A DNA stretch of 38,601 bases from an uncultured Ferruginibacter sp. (GCA_964554605.1 CAZKPH010000001.1:1-38601), one strand, 5' to 3'. Shown: positions 1-8,629, counted from the first letter of the stretch. Numbers and translations are program-made. Notes: generated by a model not told the origin, from the letters alone.

Positions 1-135
1 ATCTACAATAGGACATTTCACAATGTCGGCGAGCTTTGCCACATCAAGTATCCTCTCGTCAATATCAAGCAATGACATGTGACAGCCCGAACAGCCCCCC
101 AACCATACTGTAGCTAATTTTTTTCGGTTACTCAT
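1..135 (-). CDS. hoxY: NAD-reducing [NiFe]-hydrogenase small subunit HoxY (5' part only, truncated by the window edge)
   Basis: Manual translation from the ATG at 135 gives MSNRKKLATVWLGGCSGCHMSLLDIDERILDVAKLADIVKCPIVD, with the WLxGCxGCHMS [4Fe-4S] motif of HoxY. It follows hoxU. Confidence 0.9.
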   Translation of the reverse strand, partial: MSNRKKLATVWLGGCSGCHMSLLDIDERILDVAKLADIVKCPIVD

Positions 136-158
136 TTTATAATTTTGATTTTTTATTA

Positions 159-866
159 TTAAAGTCCCATTTTCCTCTTGTCCATTAATTCGCCAATAAT
201 ATTAGGTTTTTTATCCAACTGCCCCTGTACAATTGCTTTTGGCCAAATGGCCCCAGTAGGGCATGCATGCAAACATTTTCCGCAAGATGTACAAGTAGTG
301 GAGTCTCCCCATGGAGTATTGAAATCAGAAATAACCCTTACCTGGTTGCCACGGTTCATAACCCCCCAGTTGAATGCACCTTCTACTTCGCCACATACTC
401 TTACACACCTTGTACACATTATACAACGGTTATGATCCAGTACATACCACGGATGAGATGTGTCTACGTTGCATTGCGGGAATAAATGCGGGTATCTGAT
501 GTGGTCCATTCCTACTTTATACCCCAAGTTCTGCAATTCACATTTGCCATTAGCAACACATACAGAACACATATGGTTTCGTTCAGCAAAAAACAGTTCG
601 GCTGTAATACGCTGGTACCGTTTAATCCTCTCGGTTTGTGTGTGTATCACCATATTGGCCGCAACTTTTGTTGTACAGGCAGATAATAGTTTGTTTATTC
701 CTTCTATCTCTACGAGGCAAAGCCTGCAGGCGCCAATATCTGTAAGTCCTTTAAGGTGGCACATCGTAAGTATTTCGATGTTGTTTTCCTTACAAACATC
801 AAGAATTGTCCTGCCGGTTTCTACTTCCAGTTTTTTATCATCTATATATATTGTGATCTTAGCCAT
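159..866 (-). CDS. hoxU: Bidirectional hydrogenase diaphorase Fe-S subunit HoxU (NuoG N-terminus-like)
   Basis: [2Fe-2S] motif CH..GACRLC..SAC, His-ligated ERNHMCSVC..C, and two [4Fe-4S] motifs CIMCTRCVRVC and CTSCGKCLHACP. Gene order is E-F-U-Y. Confidence 0.92.
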   Translation of the reverse strand: MAKITIYIDDKKLEVETGRTILDVCKENNIEILTMCHLKGLTDIGACRLCLVEIEGINKLLSACTTKVAANMVIHTQTERIKRYQRITAELFFAERNHMCSVCVANGKCELQNLGYKVGMDHIRYPHLFPQCNVDTSHPWYVLDHNRCIMCTRCVRVCGEVEGAFNWGVMNRGNQVRVISDFNTPWGDSTTCTSCGKCLHACPTGAIWPKAIVQGQLDKKPNIIGELMDKRKMGL

Positions 867-909
867 AAGATTCTCCTCCGGAGAAATATTTTTTTTGAAA
901 ATGATATTA

Positions 910-2553
910 TTAATCGTGGTTGATCCTGGTTTCGTATTCGTGCCTGAAATGGCGTAAAGTACTTAAAAGAGGATTAGGTGCTGATGCTCCAAGCCCACAA
1001 AGGCTTGTTTCTTTTACATATACAGCCAATTCTTCTAACCTTTCCAAATCTATTGTAGACCCTTTATTATCACATATTTTTTGCAGCAGGTCGTGCATCA
1101 TTTTTGTTCCTACGCGGCAGGGAACGCATTTACCGCAACTTTCATCCATACAAAACTCCATAAAATATCTTGCCACATCCACCATATCAGAGGTTTCATC
1201 CATTACAATCAAGCCTCCCGACCCCATGATCGAACCCAGGCTTATAAGTGATTCATAGTCCATTTTAACGTCAAGGTGTTCCGCAGGAATACATCCGCCC
1301 GAAGGACCGCCGGTTTGAGCAGCTTTAAATTGCCCGCCACCCTGAATACCACCGCCTATGTCAAATATGATTTCTCGTAAAGTTGTACCCATCGGAACTT
1401 CAATCAGCCCGGAATAATTTATTTTTCCTGCTAGGGCAAAAACTTTTGTGCCGGCGCTTTTTGGTGTCCCTATCTCACTATACCATTCTCCGCCATTATT
1501 AATTATAGGTGCAATGCCTGCATAACTTTCTACATTGTTAATTAGTGTTGGTTTTCCCCACAAGCCGGATTCAGCGGGAAACGGAGGCCTTGGCTTGGGT
1601 GTCCCTCTTTTTCCTTCAATTGAAGCAATAAGAGCCGTCTCTTCTCCACAAACAAAAGCACCTGCGCCAATACGGACTTCCACATCAAAAGAAAATTCTG
1701 TCCCCAAAATATTAGTGCCAAGTACTCCTAATTTTTTTGCCTGTTTGATTGCAAGCTCAAAACGTTTTATAGCCAACGGATACTCTCCTCTTATATAAGC
1801 AAAACCTTTATTTGCTCCTACCGCGTACGCTGCGATTGCCATACCTTCCAGGACACGATGGGGATTGCCCTCCAGGACGCTTCTGTCCATAAATGCACCG
1901 GGATCTCCTTCATCTCCGTTACATATAACATATTTCTGGTTGCTTACATATTTGTAAACGGATTCCCATTTTAACCCGGTAGGATAACCAGCGCCGCCAC
2001 GGCCCCGCATCCTGCTGTGCTTTATCTCTGCAATCACATCTTCCGGAGACATTTGAAAAAGCACTTTATCCAATGCTTTGTATCCATCGTGAACTAAATA
2101 ATCTTCTATTTTCTCCGGATTAATAGTACCACAATTCTTTAACGCAATTTTCATTTGCTTTTTAAAGAACGGGTCTTCTTCCGCATTAATAAATGGTTTG
2201 GGCCTTGAATCAGCAAAAAGTAAAAGATCTTCCAGTGGTTTCTTGTCAATTACCTGGCTTTGTACGACCTGGCCGATATTTGTGCAATCTACTTTTTGAT
2301 AGATGGTATGTTCGGGAAGAAACTTTACCAACGGGCCTTGGTTACAAGGCCCCATACATCCGGTAGATATTACTTCTATCTCGTTTTCCAGGCCCCGGGT
2401 TTTAATTTCTTCCTGAAGTTTTTTCAATACCTCTTCTGAACCGGAAGAAATACAGCCTGCTCCACAACATACGCAGATCTTATTTTTATATTTATTGTTC
2501 TGCTCTTTTGCCTTTTCGGCATAGATTATTGTTTGTAGGTCTTGCCTGTTCAT
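910..2553 (-). CDS. hoxF: Bidirectional hydrogenase diaphorase NAD/FMN-binding subunit HoxF (NuoF-like)
   Basis: N-terminal thioredoxin-like [2Fe-2S] domain (CCGAGC..CMGPC), [36 protein letters not shown] and [21 protein letters not shown] overlap with hoxE. Confidence 0.92.
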   Translation of the reverse strand: MNRQDLQTIIYAEKAKEQNNKYKNKICVCCGAGCISSGSEEVLKKLQEEIKTRGLENEIEVISTGCMGPCNQGPLVKFLPEHTIYQKVDCTNIGQVVQSQVIDKKPLEDLLLFADSRPKPFINAEEDPFFKKQMKIALKNCGTINPEKIEDYLVHDGYKALDKVLFQMSPEDVIAEIKHSRMRGRGGAGYPTGLKWESVYKYVSNQKYVICNGDEGDPGAFMDRSVLEGNPHRVLEGMAIAAYAVGANKGFAYIRGEYPLAIKRFELAIKQAKKLGVLGTNILGTEFSFDVEVRIGAGAFVCGEETALIASIEGKRGTPKPRPPFPAESGLWGKPTLINNVESYAGIAPIINNGGEWYSEIGTPKSAGTKVFALAGKINYSGLIEVPMGTTLREIIFDIGGGIQGGGQFKAAQTGGPSGGCIPAEHLDVKMDYESLISLGSIMGSGGLIVMDETSDMVDVARYFMEFCMDESCGKCVPCRVGTKMMHDLLQKICDNKGSTIDLERLEELAVYVKETSLCGLGASAPNPLLSTLRHFRHEYETRINHD

Positions 2554-3059
2554 TTTGCCGAAATTTTTGTGTTGATTTTTTTAACAATATCTTCTGCGAT
2601 TACTTTTGCATGCACTTCTTCGTCGAATACTACTGCCGGGGCTAAGCCACATGCCCCGATACAACGTGCAGCTTGTACCCCCAGTTTATTATCCGGGGTT
2701 ACATGGCCGGGCTTAACCGAAAAGGGTTTCTCAATTTCGTGCAAAATAGCCTGTGCGTCTTTAACTGAATATGCTGTGCCGGTACATACCAAACATGTGT
2801 GTTCTCCCTTTGATTTTAAAGAAAAGAAATGATAAAAACTTACCGTAGAAAAAACCCTGGAAGGCGGCAAATGCAACTCCTGTGTTATATATTTCAAAAC
2901 TCCGGAAGGCAAATAACCATAGGCATTCTGTGCCGTGTGAAGAATTTCAATAAGGGCATCTGCTCTATAATTTTCTTTTTTGATCTTTGCTGCAATCAGC
3001 TTCAGGCGTGGGTCAGATTTGGCAATATCCTGCCCTTGCGTTGGAGTGTCCGCTTTCAT
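2550..3059 (-). CDS. hoxE: Bidirectional hydrogenase subunit HoxE (NuoE-like); one canonical [2Fe-2S] Cys replaced by Tyr
   Basis: [33 protein letters not shown] and [11 protein letters not shown] motifs. First gene of the hox operon. Confidence 0.88.
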   Translation of the reverse strand: MKADTPTQGQDIAKSDPRLKLIAAKIKKENYRADALIEILHTAQNAYGYLPSGVLKYITQELHLPPSRVFSTVSFYHFFSLKSKGEHTCLVCTGTAYSVKDAQAILHEIEKPFSVKPGHVTPDNKLGVQAARCIGACGLAPAVVFDEEVHAKVIAEDIVKKINTKISAK

Positions 3060-3165
3060 ATGATTTGTGTATTCGTAATTTATTACTATGGAAGTAACCT
3101 AACCAACATTAACACAAGGCAAACATATACACGGTGCAGTATTAGCCTACTTCCGCATAGTGTCA

Positions 3166-3173
3166 CAAATCTA
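3166..3173 (-). promoter_or_regulatory. Candidate Bacteroidota sigma70 -7 box of the hox operon (TAGATTTG)
   Basis: Matches TAnnTTTG on the minus strand. A second match, TATGTTTG, lies at 3120-3127. Confidence 0.55.
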
Positions 3174-3194
3174 GATACGCATACTAATTCAAAA

Positions 3195-3210
3195 CATGAC
3201 GTTTGTCATG
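3195..3210. promoter_or_regulatory. Crp/Fnr-family-like palindrome CATGAC-gttt-GTCATG
   Basis: Perfect 6-bp inverted repeat with TGA-N6-TCA geometry, centred about 30 bp upstream of the hox -7 box. Confidence 0.6.
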
Positions 3211-3273
3211 CGTTTAGGTATAATAAATCAGATTATGTAGGTGGCAGGCCAATGGATTTTATTGGAATTAAAA

Positions 3274-5619
3274 TCAACGAATCAGCACAAGAGTTCCTGA
3301 TTTTATTTTTTTCCCCTGGTTTCTGAACTCATATGCAGCATGCCATATATAGGTAGCATTTGGAATTAGTTTCCCGTTTAAAAATCCATCCCATTTTTTT
3401 CTTGGATCGTCAGAAGAAAAAACCATCTCCCCCCAACGATTGTATATAATAAGCTTGTAATTACTAACAGCATTAAAATTACCAACTGGGCCATATGTGT
3501 CATTAAGCCCGTCGTTGTTAGGTGTAAATATATCCGGAAAATAAAGATCAACGCAATGATCTAGTATTGTAACCCTGATAGAATCTGTAGCCTTACAATT
3601 TGACTCATTCAAAACCGTTACCCAATATGTCCCCGATTTATCAATAATATATTTTTCGCCGGAAGTTCCGTCCTGCCACAAATATGTTTCGAAGGGGCCA
3701 GGCGTTACAATTATTTTTTCTCCTGTACAGAAAGCCGTGTCCTTTCCTAAAAAAGGGTTTGCGGGCTTCCCGATATTTACTAATAGCATGTTTTTTATTT
3801 CGTAGTTACATCCGTTGGAATCGGTCATTCTCACATTATAAGTTCCGGGAGGAATATTATCAGCCAAAGAAGATGAACTTATTGCAGGAATCCATTGATA
3901 GGTATAATTGCCAGCTGTAATGATTGATATTTTCCCATTGGAAAAACCACATGTTGCATTTTGTAATTCCGCCCTTCTTTCAACCACCGGAGGTTCTGAA
4001 ATGGAGATATGCTTCTTTGATGAGCATTGATTACTGTCTGTTACGGTAATTATATAATCTCCTGCTTTCAATCCGGAAATTGCCTGACTATTTCCCAGGC
4101 TGGGTATATTCCATTGTATGGTATACGGATTTTGCCCTCCGGAAATTTTTATCCGTGCCATGCCATCATTTCCGGCATTACAATTTACATTCACTATGGT
4201 ATCTATTTCTATTAATGGTGGATATACAGTAATAATATTTACTTCTGCCGAATCTTTACATTGGTTATTGTCTGTTATTCTTACCAGGTATTTTCCTTCA
4301 TCAAGCCCGGTTGCCAATGCGTTATTTCCCCCTGCCGGAAACCAGGAATATGTATAAGGTGCATTTCCCCCGGTAATGGAAACAAATGCTTCTCCCTTAC
4401 TGTATGTACACCCGGGATTATGATAACTAAGTGTATGAGATATTTTTGACGGAGCAGCTATTTGTATAGTATCGGTTGCCGCACAAGCATCGTTCGAGGA
4501 AGCCTCAACCATATAAGTACCTGCAGTAAGCCCAACGGCTGTATTGCCTAACTGAACAGGCTCGGTGTTCCATATATAATTAATAACAGCGGATCCGGTC
4601 GCAGTTGCCTGCAATTGCCCATTGCTGTCTTCCGGGCACAGAATTGAAGATAAAACGGAAGCTTTCACTGATAAGGTTGTAATTACTGACCGTATGGTAT
4701 CAGGTTTGCCATATAGGCTGCTGACAACCAACATCACATTGTGTTTCCCGGGTGATATAAATGTGTGTTTAGGATTTTTCTCTGTTGATGTATTTAATGC
4801 TCCCGAAAGAGGATCGTCAAAATCCCATTCGCTATCCGGGCAATAGTCTGATAAATTATTGAATTGAACAACAGAACTTCCCATACAAGTATAGTCAAAG
4901 GCCGCCCGGTTATCAGGTCCTTCGGAAACAGAAAAATCATCAACGGCAAAACCATCAAAATTGTTACACGTTGTCCCTGCACCAAAAACAAACCGGAAAA
5001 TAACAGACGGAGACCCTTTCAATTCGTCTAACACATGGGTAGCGGTAACCCATTTCCCACTACCCCCACCTGTTTGGCAACTTCCGGATCCGCTGCGTGT
5101 ACTTCCCGACCAGCCATTTAAAGAATGGCTTAACCCGTTTAAATACCTCACTGATTCGGTGTTATACCAATTGGTATTTAAACAATTTTTTGAAGATAAA
5201 ACAGAACCCAGGTCCTTCCAGCTAGACCCATTGTCTACGGAATATTGCAACCCTGCTCCATCATATAGTTTTTCTGTTTCCCAAAAAATTTTAAAAGAAA
5301 GATAGGGATATTTTAATCCCGTAAAATCATAACACGGGCTTTGCAGCCAGGATAGTTCTCCGTTTGTATATGCGGTTCCGGTAAGCCCCCCAACAATCCA
5401 ACAATCGGAACCGGATGCTGCAGAATTTATAACTGATTTTGAGGGTGTACCATATGCCCAATCCGATCCTGAACCTCCGGGGATCCACGATCCGTCGTTA
5501 TTATCAAACGTTTCAATATGGGGAAAATTTGTAATTTTTTGAGAACACTGGGCCTGGGCTTGCAGAGAGAGTAATGTTACGCTCAGTAGCCAATTGAAAT
5601 ATCGTAGAAATTTTCTCAA
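3274..5619 (-). CDS. T9SS-secreted surface protein: MAM/adhesin-like N-terminal domain, PKD domain, SprB repeats and gliding-motility-associated (type B) CTD
   Basis: Signal peptide ending AQA-Q; PKD motif (WDFDDP..STEKNPKHTF..PG); SprB-like repeats (GGNAPYTYSW..GL..GxYxVxITDxNxC); type B CTD FPDIFTPNNDGLND..IYNRWG..WDG..GTLVLIR. The TTG at 5646 sits inside a TAACTTTG -7 box (5644-5651), so the start is probably TTG 5619 or GTG 5625. Confidence 0.85.
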   Translation of the reverse strand: MRKFLRYFNWLLSVTLLSLQAQAQCSQKITNFPHIETFDNNDGSWIPGGSGSDWAYGTPSKSVINSAASGSDCWIVGGLTGTAYTNGELSWLQSPCYDFTGLKYPYLSFKIFWETEKLYDGAGLQYSVDNGSSWKDLGSVLSSKNCLNTNWYNTESVRYLNGLSHSLNGWSGSTRSGSGSCQTGGGSGKWVTATHVLDELKGSPSVIFRFVFGAGTTCNNFDGFAVDDFSVSEGPDNRAAFDYTCMGSSVVQFNNLSDYCPDSEWDFDDPLSGALNTSTEKNPKHTFISPGKHNVMLVVSSLYGKPDTIRSVITTLSVKASVLSSILCPEDSNGQLQATATGSAVINYIWNTEPVQLGNTAVGLTAGTYMVEASSNDACAATDTIQIAAPSKISHTLSYHNPGCTYSKGEAFVSITGGNAPYTYSWFPAGGNNALATGLDEGKYLVRITDNNQCKDSAEVNIITVYPPLIEIDTIVNVNCNAGNDGMARIKISGGQNPYTIQWNIPSLGNSQAISGLKAGDYIITVTDSNQCSSKKHISISEPPVVERRAELQNATCGFSNGKISIITAGNYTYQWIPAISSSSLADNIPPGTYNVRMTDSNGCNYEIKNMLLVNIGKPANPFLGKDTAFCTGEKIIVTPGPFETYLWQDGTSGEKYIIDKSGTYWVTVLNESNCKATDSIRVTILDHCVDLYFPDIFTPNNDGLNDTYGPVGNFNAVSNYKLIIYNRWGEMVFSSDDPRKKWDGFLNGKLIPNATYIWHAAYEFRNQGKKIKSGTLVLIR

Positions 5620-5764
5620 ATACACATCAAAAATAGCGAGAGGCAAAGTTATACCTATTGCTGATGCTATAATGTTTTAGTTGTTTTTTTTAACAATTGT
5701 GAATTGTCTTTATTGTATCTCGAAGATTTTGAACGTTTTATACAAATTTTTTAAATCCCGACAG

Positions 5765-5798
5765 TATCTTTGTCAGAAATCAATGTGACAACAATCAT
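5765..5798 (+). promoter_or_regulatory. Candidate -7 box TATCTTTG (5765-5772) followed by a Crp/Fnr-like site GTGAC-aaca-ATCAT (5785-5798)
   Basis: TAnnTTTG match upstream of the YceI operon. The TGA-N6-TCA geometry resembles the site upstream of hoxE. Confidence 0.45.
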
Positions 5799-5892
5799 GT
5801 TGCAACATTATTCATATCATTAGCCACGGGTTTGGGCCATTCTATTTTTACACCCGGAAAAACCTGATTAATCTTAATTAAAAAAATCAAAA

Positions 5893-6486
5893 ATGAAAAA
5901 AAGAAACTTACTTAAACTTCTTATGCCGGTGTTACTAATTCTTTCCGGGTTAGTAACCACTTCTTTTGCCCAGGTAAAGTATACCATAAAAGACAACGTG
6001 ACGCTTGTTATCAACGGAACTTCTACTTTACACGACTGGAGTATGAAGTCTGCAAGAGGAAGTGGCGATGCAACATTTGCAATAAATGCAAGCGGAAGGA
6101 TCACCGGTGTTTCTTCGCTATTCTTTATGACTCCCGTTTCAGAATTGAAAAGCGAACACAGCGGCCTCGATAAAAATGCTTATAAATCTTTAAAGAGCGA
6201 CAAAAACCCGTATATCACTTATACGGCAAATAGCGGTACTGTTTCTTCATCAGACGGGGTTACTTATACTGTTAAAACAACTGGCAAGCTGGCTATAGCA
6301 GGAACAAGCAAGGAAACGGAAGTCACTTTCACCTTAAAACTAAACGCAGATAAAAGTATAACTGTTACCGGCAGTAAGGTTATCAGTATGAAAGATTGGG
6401 GTGTTGAGCCACCTTCTTTTATGTTCGGAGCAATGAAAACAGGAAAAGATATCACATTAAAATTTGATGCTACTATTAAAAAATAA
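5893..6486 (+). CDS. YceI-family (polyisoprenoid-binding) exported protein
   Basis: Sec signal peptide (SFA-Q); GTSTLHDW, LKS..GLDKNAYKSLK, GKLAIAG.SK and MKDWGVEPP motifs typical of Bacteroidota YceI proteins. Confidence 0.85.
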   Translation: MKKRNLLKLLMPVLLILSGLVTTSFAQVKYTIKDNVTLVINGTSTLHDWSMKSARGSGDATFAINASGRITGVSSLFFMTPVSELKSEHSGLDKNAYKSLKSDKNPYITYTANSGTVSSSDGVTYTVKTTGKLAIAGTSKETEVTFTLKLNADKSITVTGSKVISMKDWGVEPPSFMFGAMKTGKDITLKFDATIKK

Positions 6487-6528
6487 AACCAATTGACATT
6501 AAAAAACAAAATCAAAACCCAAAAAATT

Positions 6529-7884
6529 ATGAAAAGTATAATTAACAAACTAACATTGATAGCTGCTTTGGGTACTTTACCTACAGTCCTATTTGCACAG
6601 CAGCCTACTATCGCCAATTGGCGTGCTTATGATCAATCCGGAATTAATGTTTTCGAAACTCCAAAAGATAATGACGCCAAATTTGACGGACTAAAGGTTC
6701 GTTTCGGCGCCGGCTTTACACAGCAATGGCAAAGCCTGAAACATGAAAACACCGCTAATAATAATACAGGAAATACCGTTGCTACTGCCCAGGCAAATAA
6801 ATTATACCCATTGGCTTCCGGTTTCATGACTGCCCAGGCAAATGCATTTATGGATGTTCAACTGGGTGACGGGATTGCTCTGAATGTAACAAGCTATTTG
6901 TCTTCCCGCCATCATAATGAAACATGGGTAAAGGGTGGATACATCCAATTCGACAAGCTTCCCTTCAAAGGAAAGTTGTGGTCAGACCTGATGAAAATAA
7001 CTACCATAAAGATTGGCCACTTCGAAGTAAACTATGGTGACGAACATTTCCGGAGAAGCGACGGTGGACAAACTTTATGGAATCCTTTCATGGAAGGTTA
7101 TGTTATGGATGGTTACGCAACCGAAATTGGTGGTGAAGTTTACCTGAAAAAGAATGGCTTGTTTGGAATGATTGGCCTAACAAGCGGCATGCTCAAAGGA
7201 AACGTTGATTCTGTCTTGAATTCAACAGTTGCAGATGGCAACGATAAAAGAAGCCCTTCGATCTTATTAAAGGCTGGAATTGACAAAAAATTAAGTAATG
7301 GTCTCCGCCTGAGAGCAAGCGGTAGTTTATATCACAACGGTAGCTCTGCTGGTAGCGGGCTTACATTATATGGTGGCGACCGTACAGGATCTAACTATCA
7401 AAATGTTATGGAAAAATGGGTATCCGGTACACCGGCTGCCGCTCAAGCTTCTACTGCAATCGCATTTTCCGGGCGTTTCAACCCCAATTTCAGCAAAAAA
7501 GTCGATGCAGTAATGTTTAATGGTTTTGCAAAATATAAAGGGCTTGAATTTTTCGGTACCTATGAAGTTTCTCAAGGATATTCCAAAGCTGAAAAAGTAA
7601 GCAGAAGAGCTTCTCAAATAGCTGTAGACGGTATTTATAGATTTGGTGCTGCTGAAAATGCATTTATTGGTTTGCGCTACAATACCGTATCTGCTGAATT
7701 ACAAGGATACACCAATGATGTAAATGTAAATCGCTTTGCTGTAGCTGGTGGTTGGTTTATTACCAAAAACACCCTGCTTAAAGCGGAATATGTTACTCAG
7801 GAATATGACAAATTTATCAAAACCGATTACAGAAATGGTGGCAAATTCCATGGTATCGTTGTAGAAGCCGTTGTGGGTTTCTAA
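6529..7884 (+). CDS. Uncharacterised outer-membrane beta-barrel protein (porin-like)
   Basis: ATG at 6529 after an A-rich leader; signal peptide (LFA-Q); amphipathic beta-strands; C-terminal beta-signal ending in Phe (GIVVEAVVGF). Confidence 0.75.
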   Translation: MKSIINKLTLIAALGTLPTVLFAQQPTIANWRAYDQSGINVFETPKDNDAKFDGLKVRFGAGFTQQWQSLKHENTANNNTGNTVATAQANKLYPLASGFMTAQANAFMDVQLGDGIALNVTSYLSSRHHNETWVKGGYIQFDKLPFKGKLWSDLMKITTIKIGHFEVNYGDEHFRRSDGGQTLWNPFMEGYVMDGYATEIGGEVYLKKNGLFGMIGLTSGMLKGNVDSVLNSTVADGNDKRSPSILLKAGIDKKLSNGLRLRASGSLYHNGSSAGSGLTLYGGDRTGSNYQNVMEKWVSGTPAAAQASTAIAFSGRFNPNFSKKVDAVMFNGFAKYKGLEFFGTYEVSQGYSKAEKVSRRASQIAVDGIYRFGAAENAFIGLRYNTVSAELQGYTNDVNVNRFAVAGGWFITKNTLLKAEYVTQEYDKFIKTDYRNGGKFHGIVVEAVVGF

Positions 7885-7912
7885 TTTTCAAATATGTGTT
7901 ATTGGTTTTTTT

Positions 7913-7952
7913 GAAAATCAGGGTGGTTGATTTCATCCTGATTTTCTTTTTT
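7913..7952 (+). terminator. Intrinsic terminator after the beta-barrel gene
   Basis: Stem GAAAATCAGGGTG / CATCCTGATTTTC (one G-T pair), 8-nt loop, followed by TTTTTT. Confidence 0.75.
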
Positions 7953-7980
7953 CAACCGTTTTTTTACACTAGTTGATTTT

Positions 7981-8622
7981 ATGAAAGGCAGTATCCTTTA
8001 TATATCAATATTGTTTATTTGCTGGATGGTTACCTTTGTTTCGTTTTCGCAAAAATCCGTTTTTGTACCTGCATCTAATCCTTATTTGGCAAAATGGGTT
8101 TTAATTCGTGGTAGTTCACTAAAGGTTTCCGGAAGCACTAATATAAATAAATTCACCTGTGATATTTCGGATTATTCTGGCCCGGACACAATCCTTGTTT
8201 ATAAAAACAACTCTAATGAGTTTCTTTTCCCTTTGAAGGGCGCTATCCGGCTTGATGTAAAAAGTTTTGATTGCCACAATGCAATGATGACAAGTGACCT
8301 TTGCAAAACATTAAAATCAAAGGAATTTCCAAAATTGACTATACATTTTATTTCTCTCAGCAAAATGCCTGATTTTAAATCCTCTGGAGAAAACATATCC
8401 GGTTTGGTTAATATAGAAGTTGCCGGAGTTTCGAAAAATTATTTTGTAAATTATTCTTTTTCAAAAGAAAATAACACTGGTATTATTCATCTGATAGGCC
8501 GGAGACCGGTAAATTTCTCCGATTTCAATTTATCTCCCCCCAAAAAACTGGGCGGAATGATTAGAACCCGAGAAGAATTATTGGTAGAATTCAATATTAC
8601 CATGAAATCAATTCAGTTATAG
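7981..8622 (+). CDS. Second, divergent YceI-like exported protein
   Basis: Signal peptide; SSLKVSGSTNINKFTC, FDCHNAMMTSDL..TLK..EFP, IEVAGVSK and FSDFNLSPPKKLGG parallel the motifs of the first YceI protein. Confidence 0.75.
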   Translation: MKGSILYISILFICWMVTFVSFSQKSVFVPASNPYLAKWVLIRGSSLKVSGSTNINKFTCDISDYSGPDTILVYKNNSNEFLFPLKGAIRLDVKSFDCHNAMMTSDLCKTLKSKEFPKLTIHFISLSKMPDFKSSGENISGLVNIEVAGVSKNYFVNYSFSKENNTGIIHLIGRRPVNFSDFNLSPPKKLGGMIRTREELLVEFNITMKSIQL

Positions 8623-8629
8623 ATTTTTT

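Noticed and set aside
867-917. Open in-frame extension upstream of hoxU starting at an ACG overlapping the end of hoxF
   Set aside because: There is no canonical start codon, and the ATG at 866 gives a normal HoxU N-terminus.
159-3059. nuoEFG of complex I, or hydABC of an [FeFe]-hydrogenase
   Set aside because: The NuoG-like ORF is only 235 aa with no H-cluster or molybdopterin-like domain, and it is followed by HoxY. No membrane nuo genes are present.
5764-5775. Extra Crp/Fnr half-site (GTATCTTTGTCA)
   Set aside because: Only one half matches. It is better explained as the TATCTTTG -7 box.
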